DNA from: Cyanidioschyzon merolae | Lineage: Eukaryota | DNA length: 64,000 bases | NCBI GenBank assembly: GCA_000091205.1 | Contig: AP006487.2 | Direction: 5' to 3' (one strand) | Shown: positions 54,148 to 64,000 of the stretch, piece by piece | How positions within the stretch are numbered: position 1 is the stretch's first letter | Layout of the letters: each line of letters starts with the position of its first letter | The notes under the pieces: model-generated | The model's input: the letters and a program-made list of their open reading frames with translations, nothing else | The model's database searches: none | What the model was told of the DNA's origin: nothing | Position numbers and translations under genes: made by a program

Positions 54148-55389
54148 CAGCGGATTCGGGGCCAGCGCAGGCCGCTGCTACGGCGTCCGGGCGTCTCTTT
54201 TCTGCAAGCTGTGTTACACTGCAAGTTGGCGACCCAGAAAGCCACTTTCGATTCATTTACAAAGGACGGTATGCGTGGTTTTGTATTGAACAAAAAGGTC
54301 CGAGTCCCGGTGACTTGACGCGAAACGAGGCGTATGTGTTCATGCAGATGCATCGTCCACACAGAGAGCGTCGCTCATGGATTTCGGAGACGCATCTGGC
54401 TACTGGGACAAAGCGCGATGTGGTATTGGGTGTGTGCTTCCACTGCCATGAGCTGATGCCTCGTAAGGGGCGTTCGAGCGGCGGTCTATTTTATTGGTGG
54501 ACGTCAACGAAGACGAGACTGATCCACGGGTCCGGTATCGCAAACGTCTCAAGCTGCTGACGCCCTCGAATCGCTCACTGACGCCACTGAGGTTTGTCTA
54601 TCGCTCCTGGAGCGCTCTTTTTAGAGATGCGCTGTAGCGAGGGTATGTCGATGGCGCTCAGGCAAAGGTCGTTTGCTGCTGCACGGGCGACGGGCATTGC
54701 GCTCTGCAGCAGCAACAGCAACAGCGACTTTCGCGGTCGCCGGTTGAGCAGACCTTGAGTTCGCTTGACGGGCGATCTTGGACAGTATCACTGGGTGCTG
54801 GGCAAACCTGCGTTTGTGCAACCATTCATATGCGTCAAGTGCATTGGACGAGCACCTATGAAAGATCTTGTCGCATGCAGGCATACCCCAGCGAGTCACT
54901 TTGAGCATACGTGATCATGTGCACTGCACTGGAATACCTGCGACGTACTCGGTTCCACACTTGTTCTTATCTGTCCAGGTGGAGCGTTCATCCGTTGGAA
55001 TCGCCGACTTGTTTCTGTAATGGTTCTGCTGGCAGTGTCGCGTTCGAGCGACAGGTTGGACGCTCCACCGAGACCCCTGAATGGCGGAGAGCTTGCTGTG
55101 GCGTATTCGTTGCGTCCTGCGTGCAGCAGGCACGATGGAGGCCAGCCCGATGCCTTCACGGTACTGAGCGTCTCGTTTCCATGTGTGGATTGTATCGCAG
55201 CTGCCCTGCACTCGAGTTTAGCGTGCCTAGTTGCCACGGCTTGCTTGCGTGCTCGCTCGCGCTGCTCCAGCGATAAACAACCGACAGACTGTTTACCCTG
55301 ACCCCAGAGCCTGCAATCGGTGATCAATATCGGCAGCCGTGGCATAGTATGAATCGTTCCGTGCCATATCTCCAAGTTCCGCTAGCGGT

Positions 55390-55580
55390 ACTGCCCTTCG
55401 GGTATTCTGGTCATTTCGAATATTCCAGACCTGAAAGTTCCACTGGCCTGAGGCTATACCTGCCGTCGAAGATACTGGTTATTTCGTACCTTCTTTCGCC
55501 CTTCTGTGCATCGAGGTTGCCGTTAGCATCCGCACTAGCGCCGCTACATCGCTGCGGACACCGCACGGAGACGGAAAGGT
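55390..55580 (+). repeat. Copy 3 (more degenerate, internally duplicated) of the short dispersed element
   Basis: gggtattctggtcatttcgaatattcc... and gatactggttatttcgtaccttc... both match the core ggatattctggtcgtttcgtacgtcc. The downstream ...agcgccgctacatcgctgcggacaccgcacggagacgg matches 38200-38250. Confidence 0.6.
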
Positions 55581-57640
55581 TCGGCTATATCACTGATATG
55601 GTCGGCTCGAGCCGAGCTCGAGTTATATCGTGACGCGGGGATCCAGCAGTCGATGTATGCAGGCCTACCTTCGCGTGACGACGCGCTCAAGGAACTTGAT
55701 CGTTAGAACGAAACCTGGGCACCGGTTCTTGCTTGCGCTAACGCCACTTGAATGCTTCACTGTATCGCCACGCGGACTTTTGCACGGCACCCGTCCAGTG
55801 GGCAGCTGCATGAACCGCTGTACCCGTGTGCTCATCCATTTCCCGAGACCTTTTGCCAGGATGGCAGACACGCCGTCCCTGCATCGGGAAGCACGCCTCA
55901 TGTCCTCGGTGTGCGTCGACAGCACCTGTGTCCAGTACCCGAACATATCGCCTATTGCGCTAGCGAAGCAGCTCCATACTGCCTCTGCTTCGGCACTATC
56001 GGGCTATTCCGAATGCAAAGCTCAGTATCGGCGCATTATGGAACATACGATATGACCAGCGTCTTCAACGGGAAGTATGAGCATTGGAACGCGGAGAAAC
56101 GATGAAGCATCAAGGGCGCTTTCCCGATCGCGTCTATCAGGCGCATTACAGTCTTTCAGCTCAACATCGGTTCAAAGTCGCTGCAGTGGACAGCAGGAGA
56201 TCGAAATCAGGATGCCATGTACTGAATAGGCTGTTGAGGAATTACCTGTAGAATATATATTCTTAACTGAACAGCACAAGGAGGACTGCATTCGTCTTTC
56301 AGGTCAGACGCATCACAATACGTAGATGGTCGAGGAACACTGAAAGAAACACGTAGATGCGCTCCGCTCCAAAATCCGGTATTCTCGAAGAGTACCTGCT
56401 GTCAATCGCAGAGAGCCGGTCAGTTGAATACCTTACGGAAAGCAACAGCGACGATCGTAGCGACTACGTGGGTCAAATTTTCTCGCCAGCTTGTTCGTGT
56501 AATCCTGAAAACACTGGGATACGAGCGCAAAAGAGTCCTAGATGAGACACGGCCTTCCTCGACCGAAATCGCAACTACAACAAAAAACCCTGGAACGATG
56601 CGATGTGTACGAAGTATAGGATCGTCGGTTTGTTATTTTTGCAGTCGATGAGACTTGCTTCGGATGAAAGCGTCGGAGCGTATATGGGTACTCGCGGAGC
56701 AGGGCGCCCGTTGCGAATGGACGATTGAACTTGAGGAGACAGAGGACATTGTCTGTTCTAGCTTTAGTGGATTTATTTGGCGGCCCCAGTTAAGCTTATA
56801 GAGAACGCTCATATAACAGCACGGACACTGTTGTCGAATCATCGAAGAGTTTCCCCGAACCTCGGGCGACGTTCCCCTGCAGGACAGAGTGGCATTTCAC
56901 GATGCGCTGTGCGTTCGCGCTTCTCCGGATTCTATCGGGATCGCGCCGCTTTCCATTCCTCGGTACGCTCCATAATTCAGCCTCATCGAAGGAGTATTTT
57001 CTATTGTAAAAAAAGTAATGATTGCTTTTCTGGACGAATCGCTGAAGCGTTCAGCACACAGTGACACGCAGGAACACATGTCGTTGTCCTTCTGCACGTC
57101 CTTCTTCCTCCGGGAGGGCCCTGACTCACGGTCATGCAGCTGTGCGTCCTCTGAAGAAATGAAAAATCCAAGGGATAGGTATCGTCATGAAAGTCGAGGA
57201 TCCCAGAGGCCCCGTGTCGAAGAGTTTCACTGAAAAACGGAAGAAAACCGCTTCGCGCGTCTCTTCAATCTTCTCTCTGCTCGATTATCAGCGAGGTGGA
57301 TGTTTTCGGGGGGTTTTCGGGGGGTTTTCCCGGCACTCGGCGACACTGGACCCACTAGAATCCCCTACATCCACGTCCATATCTATCCCTCGGATTTTGT
57401 CTTCCACCAAATGGTTGCACCTCGAACAGTCTGTTAAAAAAAGCGAAACAAGCATTTGATGACACGCATCTGGACGTGGAACACAATTCAGGTGAAAGAC
57501 CAGAAACGTCGACAAGTGCGCGACGCAGCAGCAGCGGCAGCCGCATTCTTGTTGAGGTTGTCGTTCTACCGCTGCGACTGCGCTCGCGTGCTGTACAACA
57601 ACTCGCTGCTGCTCATTTCGGCTTGTGTCCAGGACCAAGC

Positions 57641-58435
57641 ATGGCATCTGGAGCGAGTGCGGAACATCTGTGTGGTTTTCTGGGGCTACCCGGGGTTGCG
57701 TTTCTCCGCAGAGGAACAGTCGTGCGTGCGGCAGAGCGGAGGCAGTTGGCGTCTCCGGGAGTCCGGCGAAGAGCACCCGCGTCGCGCAGACGAGAACGCA
57801 GCACACGGACGCTGGTTCAGGAGTTTTCGCGACGTGGTCAGGATGCCATTGACTCGCGTGTACCGGAGCTTGTGGAGGAAGTCGACCCTGGCATCGTGCC
57901 AGGCGTCAGTCTGCGCATCGTTCGTTACCCGCACCGCGTCCTCCGGGCACCGAACGAACCGGTTACCGTTTTCGACGACGCTTTGCTGAAACTCGTACGT
58001 GACATGTTCAAGGTTATGTATGCAAGCAGGGGCGTTGGACTTGCAGCTCCGCAAGTTGGTATCAACAAACGGGTGATGGTCTTTAACCCAAAAGGTGACC
58101 CCCGGGCGTGGCTGAGCGAGGTTGCGCTCGTGAACCCGCGAATCATTGAGCGAAGCGAGGCCACGGAGGAGGGTATGGAAGGCTGTCTCAGTTTCCCAGG
58201 GGTATCGGGCGATATCGAGCGCTCGCTCATGATCAAGGTGGAGGCGATGAAACCGAACGGGAAACGCTTTCAGGTCAAGTATCAGGGTTGGACGGCCCGA
58301 ATTTTCCAGCACGAATACGACCATCTGGATGGCGTGCTCTTCATTGATCGGATGAAACCGGCGGTGCGGGAGCAGAACCGCGGGGCGCTCGAGAACCTCA
58401 TGCGGCAAGTGCCCGAGTCGGAGCGTGCCCTCTGA
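57641..58435 (+). CDS. PDF: Peptide deformylase, organelle-type, with an Arg/Ser/Ala-rich N-terminal presequence (about 264 aa from the first ATG)
   Basis: The three PDF motifs are present: GVGLAAPQVG (motif 1 GxGxAAxQ), EGCLSFPG (motif 2 EGCLS), QHEYDHLDG (motif 3 HExxH metal site). The ORF-track start at 57476 is GTG. The first ATG is MASGASAEH at about 57641. The about 90 aa upstream of the catalytic core looks like a transit peptide. Confidence 0.85.
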   Translation: MASGASAEHLCGFLGLPGVAFLRRGTVVRAAERRQLASPGVRRRAPASRRRERSTRTLVQEFSRRGQDAIDSRVPELVEEVDPGIVPGVSLRIVRYPHRVLRAPNEPVTVFDDALLKLVRDMFKVMYASRGVGLAAPQVGINKRVMVFNPKGDPRAWLSEVALVNPRIIERSEATEEGMEGCLSFPGVSGDIERSLMIKVEAMKPNGKRFQVKYQGWTARIFQHEYDHLDGVLFIDRMKPAVREQNRGALENLMRQVPESERAL

Positions 58436-58918
58436 ACAACACACAGGCGACCAGGCACAACCCGGGGGATGCAAAGCGCATGCTCCACAACCGGTATCAC
58501 TTGGAGGTAGCGGGAACCAGCGCTGCAGCACATGCTCTAGCGGCATCAAGTGGACGTCGAGCTACGCGCGTGGAATCGGTCTTGAAGCGGTGTCTTCCTG
58601 TCCATGGAAGATCCCGTGCGAGGCTTTGAGTGTATGCGCTGACGACGTTGCAGGGTTGCGCTGCTGGGGCCCTGGCACCCGCTTTCGACACCCCGGATGC
58701 CAACAGTGACGTTTTGCATCGTCGCGCTTGATCAACAAGCTCCAGAAGACAAAAGCATCACCGGACCTTCAAGGCTGCTTGCAGTCGAGCGGTGGCTGAG
58801 TGCCTGCGTGTCTGCAATGTCCCAGTCGCGTGGTGCTCGTCGGATTCCCAGAACCCAGGAACGACTCATGCTGATGAGGTAATCGACGTCACCGAGCGCA
58901 CCCGTTCGCTCCGAAGCC

Positions 58919-60625
58919 TCAAATGCTGTGCAGTGATGACCCTGGCGTCGACTGCTCGAGTTGAACCTTCACGAGCTCCTCAAGAAGCACGGCTAGACAA
59001 ATCGTCACCATGGGTGAGGATGCAGGCGCATTCGCCCTTTGTAGTGCCGCTTTTGCCAGTTTTAAAAAGCATCCCGATGGAAGGCTTGGCGCAGAGGTCT
59101 GAATCGGATTCCACGCACTGATTTGCTCAGCGGGTAACGGTGCGTTCGGCAACGAACAGCCGTGTAAAGTGAGCACGTCTGACCCTGGCAGGCCGACTGC
59201 ACGGGACCATCGCGCAGCTCGTTGTATAAAGGCGGCGAGGCTGGTGCCCATGCGGACCTGTCGCTGAAACCCCAGCGGGGCCCCGTAAATCCAGGAGCCG
59301 CGAATGGACCCGTAGATACCGCAACAAGCCAGGATACAGTCTCCGTGCGACGGCAGCACGCCTAGCTTGACGAGTGTGCTTACCGATGCCCCATAGAGCG
59401 TGCGTTTGCGCGGCACCTGGGTTACAGGCCGGCACATCGGATTCGCCCGTATTGGCCTGGAGTGCAGCAGGGGCCACATGGACGCCGGCACACCCAGTCC
59501 GTCCAGCCTCAGTGCTGCGGCCACGAACGGCACTAGTTCGTCTCGGGGTACGGGCGTTCGGGCGCTTTGGTTGCAGCTGAACCAGCGAACGAGTCCATGA
59601 GCCAGAAACGCCTGCAGCGAAGGCCACGGGTATTGCGGTACTGGCGAGCATTCCGCAGCATCGCCGGCAGGCAGCGGGACGACGATGCCGCCCTCTCGAA
59701 CGATACCTACCACGTCCGGGGACGTTCCATGAGCCAAGTCGCCCGAGGCGGTTTCTGGTCCGAAGCAGATCCACGTCCCTGGTCCAAGGTAACCTAGTTC
59801 CCAGAGGTATGCTGGAAACCATTCCAGCTGACGCCATGCTTCGACGCTTTGATCGATTCGTGCCCCGCCTTGTGCGCTTAGCTGATACAGGTATTCGCGG
59901 TCGCTTGCCTTGGCGGCGTCCATACCCACACCGTAAAAGTAGAATGCACCAAGAAGCGTTACCAGTGATATACCGTAGGGATCCAAGGTTTCGAGTGGAG
60001 GCTCTGGTTCGCAGGTCGCGGAGTCTGGCGGTGCAGCGCTCGTCCATAACTGTGCTTCACAAAGCGCTCGCCATTCCGCTGCAGTACAGCGGGTACAGAA
60101 GAAAGTCTTCGACACAGCGGGTCCAGGAGATGCGCTTGTGTTAGCTGCTGTCGCTGTTACCCCCTCAACGACGCACGAGGCGTCATCCCGCAGCGTCGGA
60201 TAACGAGGCAGGTGTACGCGGAGACGATCACGTACCTGTCGCAGGGAGCGCGTTCCAACGTACGCTGCAACTCGCTGAACATCAACAAGGCCATCAGCTC
60301 TCCGAAACAACTCGCACGCCTCTGCCAAGCGAGTAAGTTCAACTGAACTCCAGTGTCGCCGCCGTTGTCGTCGTCGCGTGCTCCCCAAGTAGTTCGTGGT
60401 GGACGCGTCTCGCTCTGCCGGTGTCGGTGCTGGTGCGGAACGTTGCTCACGCAACCAACGAAGGTATACCTGTCGTTTGGTCCGCGTACCAACATGGGCA
60501 ACGACCTCTGCCCAGTTGATGCGCTCACTGGACTCTTGTTTCGCGAGCGCTTCTCGAAACCGAGCGAGTTCCGCAACGCTCCAGCGACTCGACGCTGCTC
60601 CGAAACGAGGCGCTGCGTCTGGCAT
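58919..60625 (-). CDS. Myb/SANT-domain protein (two Myb-like repeats in the N-terminal third), 568 aa
   Basis: WSVAELARFREALAK...INWAEVVAHVGTRTKRQVYLRW and WSSVELTRLAEACELF...VQRVAAYVGTRSLRQVRDRLRVHL fit the SANT/Myb W...W/Y...(R/K)Q pattern. The C-terminal 350 aa is uncharacterised. ATG start. Confidence 0.6.
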   Translation of the reverse strand: MPDAAPRFGAASSRWSVAELARFREALAKQESSERINWAEVVAHVGTRTKRQVYLRWLREQRSAPAPTPAERDASTTNYLGSTRRRQRRRHWSSVELTRLAEACELFRRADGLVDVQRVAAYVGTRSLRQVRDRLRVHLPRYPTLRDDASCVVEGVTATAANTSASPGPAVSKTFFCTRCTAAEWRALCEAQLWTSAAPPDSATCEPEPPLETLDPYGISLVTLLGAFYFYGVGMDAAKASDREYLYQLSAQGGARIDQSVEAWRQLEWFPAYLWELGYLGPGTWICFGPETASGDLAHGTSPDVVGIVREGGIVVPLPAGDAAECSPVPQYPWPSLQAFLAHGLVRWFSCNQSARTPVPRDELVPFVAAALRLDGLGVPASMWPLLHSRPIRANPMCRPVTQVPRKRTLYGASVSTLVKLGVLPSHGDCILACCGIYGSIRGSWIYGAPLGFQRQVRMGTSLAAFIQRAARWSRAVGLPGSDVLTLHGCSLPNAPLPAEQISAWNPIQTSAPSLPSGCFLKLAKAALQRANAPASSPMVTICLAVLLEELVKVQLEQSTPGSSLHSI

Positions 60626-61447
60626 GAAGACTACGGTTGAGACTCGGTGCTCGATGTCCGATAGCCGCGTGATGAGATATCGTTCGCAACTGCAGCTTCG
60701 AAGGCGGTTTCTTGATCATACTGGCAAGCGAACGAGCGCCTGTATCGACGGCAACTCCAACCTTGCCATCAAGGCGGATGCAGCGCTCAGCGCAGCGGCT
60801 CGAGGCTCTGCTGCAGCCGCTCCGCTCCCGCTGGTATGCAGCCACCCGAAACAACGCTTACTGTTTCCGGAAAAGTTATTTGTTTTCGGATATTGAGAAA
60901 CCAGTGGCAGTATTCAAGGGTTGCAGGTCCAGATGAACGCTGGTTCACAGGCACGCGACTGGACGTTCCGAGTTTGCACAGGAGGCTCGAGGCGGAACCA
61001 GCGAAGCGCCAGTGCTGTTTACAGGCCTCGTGAGCGTTCTGCTGGCGAATGCGTAGAATAAGCGAGCCAAATTCGTCTAATCGGCCTCAGGGTGTTTGGT
61101 TCGTTGAAAGGTATTCTGAAACTAGAGTCAAGTTTGCATGTTGAAAAGACGCCGCGCCCTATGCGGCGTCAAACGTGCGCATGCACCTTGCAGTGCAGGA
61201 GATTCGAAAGAATGCATAGCCCAGGCATGTGTTTATAATGTTGTGCATATGTTTTTGTATCTGAACGTATATGTGCGGCTTTGTGTCGACCGGTCTCGTG
61301 ACCGGCTAGTCTAACAAGCGAGCTCAGGCAAGGACCGGTCGTTTTGGAAAACGGCAGCATTTGGAACGCGACACACATCCGTGGTAGACCAGAACGGAGC
61401 AGTGCGCTCTGTACCTGCTTTGTTGATGTTCGCATCTGAACTTGTTT

Positions 61448-62604
61448 TTGAGATGTACAGACCCGATACTAGAAGAGCAACCATAAGGGCATGCGGATTC
61501 ATACGTCGATTCAGGATTCTCGGTCGTTATTGTTTTTCGATGTAGCGCCTTGGAAGCATTGTCGCTGCAAGGCGTGACACCACCGGAATGAAGAGGACTC
61601 GCGACGCAGTCGAACATGGGAACGCAAGAAAGCATCGATATCCGTATGCAATGCAGACGTGCAAGCATCCACGATTCTTCTTTGCTTGTGTATAGCAGGT
61701 TCAAATCACATATTCTTCACGTTCTCGATCTTTATGTTTAAAGGCAACCATCGTACGCAGCGATTCGCGCTGCTGAACTGACGAGGAGAAAAACTCGACG
61801 TTGACCGTTGGCGAATTTTTCGCAAGCTCATGCGAAAAGATCACTGAACATACCATGTCCAGTAATAATTTCGGTTTGATAGATGATTGCTCCTCCCGTC
61901 GTGGCCATCGACGAATCTGGATTCGAAACCTGCATGATACCTCTTTGGGGATCTGTGCTCAGTGGCTGACGTCGCTTCTGTTTGCACGGGACAGGCGCTT
62001 GGACTCCGGTCTGAGTTTTTTTTGTATCTCTCGCTCGCAATGGTGCAAGCGTAGCCGGGTCGGAATGCCTCGACGTGTTGTCCAGTCTGAATTCTCCTTC
62101 TGGTTCGTGTTTCATCAAGGACAAGATCGCTTTCCACAAAATATCTTATTGGATGCAACAGTACGTTCTTGCGTGTCCAGCAGACAGAACAGTCGCAGAA
62201 CGAATCGCCCAGAGGAAGGCCGCGACCACAGTGTACGGCACCAGGCGTCGAAACGGAGGGGGGCATCGAGTGGAGCGCCCCTGTGTCCTTCAAGGGCGTA
62301 CACCTTGCGATGAAGCAAGTTTGACGCGACACGAGGCAGCGTCTGGAGGAGGCTGGATGGTGGTGCGCCTATGGAAGCACCCGACGGCACCCAAGTGTCG
62401 CCGCTGGAGATGGTGCACTGCTGCTGCTGCTGCTGCATACAAAGAAGATCAAAATGGCGAGCGAAATGTAGATGACGACTTCGGCCTCTGCATGAACGGC
62501 ATAGATAGATAAGTGCCCGAAACTTCACGTCCGAACTCGAACGCAGCTGTTGACAGCCTTCGACTATCAGGAGGGAAACTGGATGAAAGGACGGAGCAGC
62601 GTAT
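61448..62604 (-). repeat. Copy B of the ~1.17 kb repeat, inverted relative to copy A (4129-5299); internal (CAG)6 run
   Basis: See copy A. The reverse complement of 61448-62604 aligns end-to-end with 4129-5299. Confidence 0.85.
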
Positions 62605-62885
62605 TTACCACCGGATATAAGAAAGAGACGAGAAGGAAGCAGTCAAACAAAAATCCCGCAAAGGCCGGTACGAATGACACTGGCAGGGGACGCAAACTTT
62701 TGCATCCAAGCGCTAGCTACCAATGCCTGCCGGTTCCGCTTCATGCTAACATGAATTTCATCAGCGGTCGCGTATACTGGGCCCGATCTATCCGGGTCCG
62801 CGTTCAGGAGCCTTGCAGTGCAGGGCGCTTCTCGCGATACCGCACCAGGTGCTTCAGCGTTTCGCAGTGCGCCACCTTAAAACCG

Positions 62886-63998
62886 CTACGTCGTTCGAAA
62901 CCCGAAACTACTCACTGCGCGCTGTTGCTGGTGTCGTTCGAGATGCTCCCTAATTCGGTACAGGGGACGTCGGCCAGCTGGCGCCGCCTCTTGCGCGTAC
63001 CACGCTCGCACGGCTATCTCGGCGACAATACCAAGACCAAGAAAAATGAGTGCAGTCAGGGTCACGGAGGCAGAGAGCACAAGCAATGCTGTACGGCTAA
63101 CGAGTCGACCCAAGGGGTTTCTGCTCAAGTTGGACACGCCGGCAATCATTCCCAGCAGCGGCATGATCAGGGCGTTGGGTAGGAGGGCCAGCACCACAGC
63201 GATTGCTCCCAGCACGAGGGCAATCGTCCCGAACCAGTGCATAGGCCGTGTCGCCTGCCGAGTAAGGTAATGGAGCAGCACCAGATCGCAAATGACGCGA
63301 AACGTGCGACCAAGGCCGTACTTGCTGGCACCGTAACGTCGCGGTCGATGACGAACCTCCATCTGACCGAGGCGAGCACCTTCGATTTTGGCTAAAACTG
63401 GTATAAATCGATGCATTTGGCCGAATAGTTGGATATCGCTCAGAATGTCGGCGCGGTAGGCCTTGAGTGAGCATCCTAGATCGTTCACTTCGTGGACTCC
63501 GGTTGCCGTGCGAATGAGCGCATTCGCCACCTGGCTGAGCCACGTGCGTATCGGGTCGTCGCGTCGCTGCCGACGCCATCCGCTCACGACATCGAGCGAT
63601 GCTTGCTTCAGCTTTTCCAGAAGAGGAAAGATATCTTGCGGCTCCTGCTGCAAGTCACCGTCCATGGTGACAACAACTTCGCCCTGGGCTGCATCAAATC
63701 CAGCTGCCAGCGCTGCTGTCTGTCCATAGTTTCGACGGAAAAAGACCCCCACGAGGTGCGAGGGCAGCAACAACCTCTCGCCAGCTGGGGCGTTGTACTC
63801 GTCACGCAGTATGTTACGTAGCAGTGCCGTCGTGCCGTCGGTAGAGCCATCGTCGACAAGCACAACCTCAACCTGCCCACGGTACTGCTCTGGTGCGCTC
63901 TCCGTCTCCAGTGCCTCGTAGAGCGCACGCAGCAAAGCAACCAGAGCCTCAGACTCGTTGTAGAGCGGGATCACAACAGAAACGGGGTATTTGTACAT
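62886..63998 (-). CDS. GT2-family polyprenyl-phosphate glycosyltransferase with GtrB/ArnC-type topology (N-terminal catalytic domain plus two C-terminal TM helices), at least 370 aa
   Basis: VSVVIPLYNESEAL, VDDGSTDGT, RNYGQTAALAAGF, TMDGDLQQEP and GWRRQR...SKYG align with the ArnC/GtrB catalytic domain (VSVVIPVYNE..., LIDDGSSD, RNYGQHSAIMAGF, TLDADLQNPPEE). Two C-terminal TM helices (WFGTIALVLGAIAVVLALL and LLVLSASVTLTALIFLGLGIVAEI) give the bacterial GtrB/ArnC topology, unlike the usual ALG5 topology. The ATG is 2 nt from the window end, so the true N-terminus could lie beyond 64000. Confidence 0.85.
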   Translation of the reverse strand: MYKYPVSVVIPLYNESEALVALLRALYEALETESAPEQYRGQVEVVLVDDGSTDGTTALLRNILRDEYNAPAGERLLLPSHLVGVFFRRNYGQTAALAAGFDAAQGEVVVTMDGDLQQEPQDIFPLLEKLKQASLDVVSGWRRQRRDDPIRTWLSQVANALIRTATGVHEVNDLGCSLKAYRADILSDIQLFGQMHRFIPVLAKIEGARLGQMEVRHRPRRYGASKYGLGRTFRVICDLVLLHYLTRQATRPMHWFGTIALVLGAIAVVLALLPNALIMPLLGMIAGVSNLSRNPLGRLVSRTALLVLSASVTLTALIFLGLGIVAEIAVRAWYAQEAAPAGRRPLYRIREHLERHQQQRAVSSFGFRTT

Positions 63999-64000
63999 AC

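Noticed and set aside
57456-57989. ORF 57456-57989 (+) as the gene at this locus
   Set aside because: It is in a different frame overlapping the N-terminal presequence of peptide deformylase. The PDF frame carries all three catalytic motifs.
1-64000. Prokaryotic operon or defence-island interpretation
   Set aside because: The content points to a eukaryotic nuclear locus: histone H3 variant, Pol III RPC2, PP2A B56, GATA and Myb factors, ankyrin repeats, poly-Q tracts and alternating-strand monocistronic genes with kb-scale intergenic regions.

Overview
The window reads as GC-rich (roughly 55-60% by eye) eukaryotic nuclear DNA, not a prokaryotic locus. It contains 15 protein-coding genes I can recognise from conserved motifs, plus a few weak ORFs. 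Every recognised gene is recoverable as a single uninterrupted ORF, so the genome looks intron-poor. Genes alternate between strands at about one per 4 kb. Many carry low-complexity inserts (poly-Q, -A, -S, -T, -D) encoded by CAG, GCT, ACG and GAC runs.

Recognised genes, in order:
- ankyrin-repeat protein (partial; runs off the left edge)
- phosphoenolpyruvate carboxylase
- tandem CCCH zinc-finger protein
- histone H3 variant with CenH3 hallmarks
- DGAT1-type MBOAT acyltransferase
- RNA polymerase III second-largest subunit (RPC2/POLR3B)
- GATA zinc-finger factor
- large MIT-domain protein
- two PP2A B56 regulatory-subunit paralogues about 6 kb apart on opposite strands
- 4-TM MARVEL-like membrane protein
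- AGPAT/LCLAT-family acyltransferase
- organelle-type peptide deformylase
- Myb/SANT protein
- GT2 polyprenyl-phosphate glycosyltransferase with bacterial GtrB/ArnC topology

No rRNA, no convincing tRNA, no CRISPR array and no telomeric repeats were seen.

Repeat content:
- a 1.17 kb pair in inverted orientation (about 97% identical) bracketing about 56 kb
- a dispersed SINE/MITE-like element of about 130-170 bp, three copies in intergenic regions
- a 110 bp x4 minisatellite
- a duplicated 45 bp motif upstream of PEPC
- many tri- and dinucleotide microsatellites

The organism cannot be named from the sequence alone. PEPC plus organellar peptide deformylase plus intron-poor GC-rich compact genes fits a compact-genome protist or alga, but that is inference only.

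Caveats: the supplied ORF track uses GTG and TTG as starts in several cases, so some start coordinates below are moved to the first in-frame ATG. Coordinates I derived by hand can be off by 1-3 nt.
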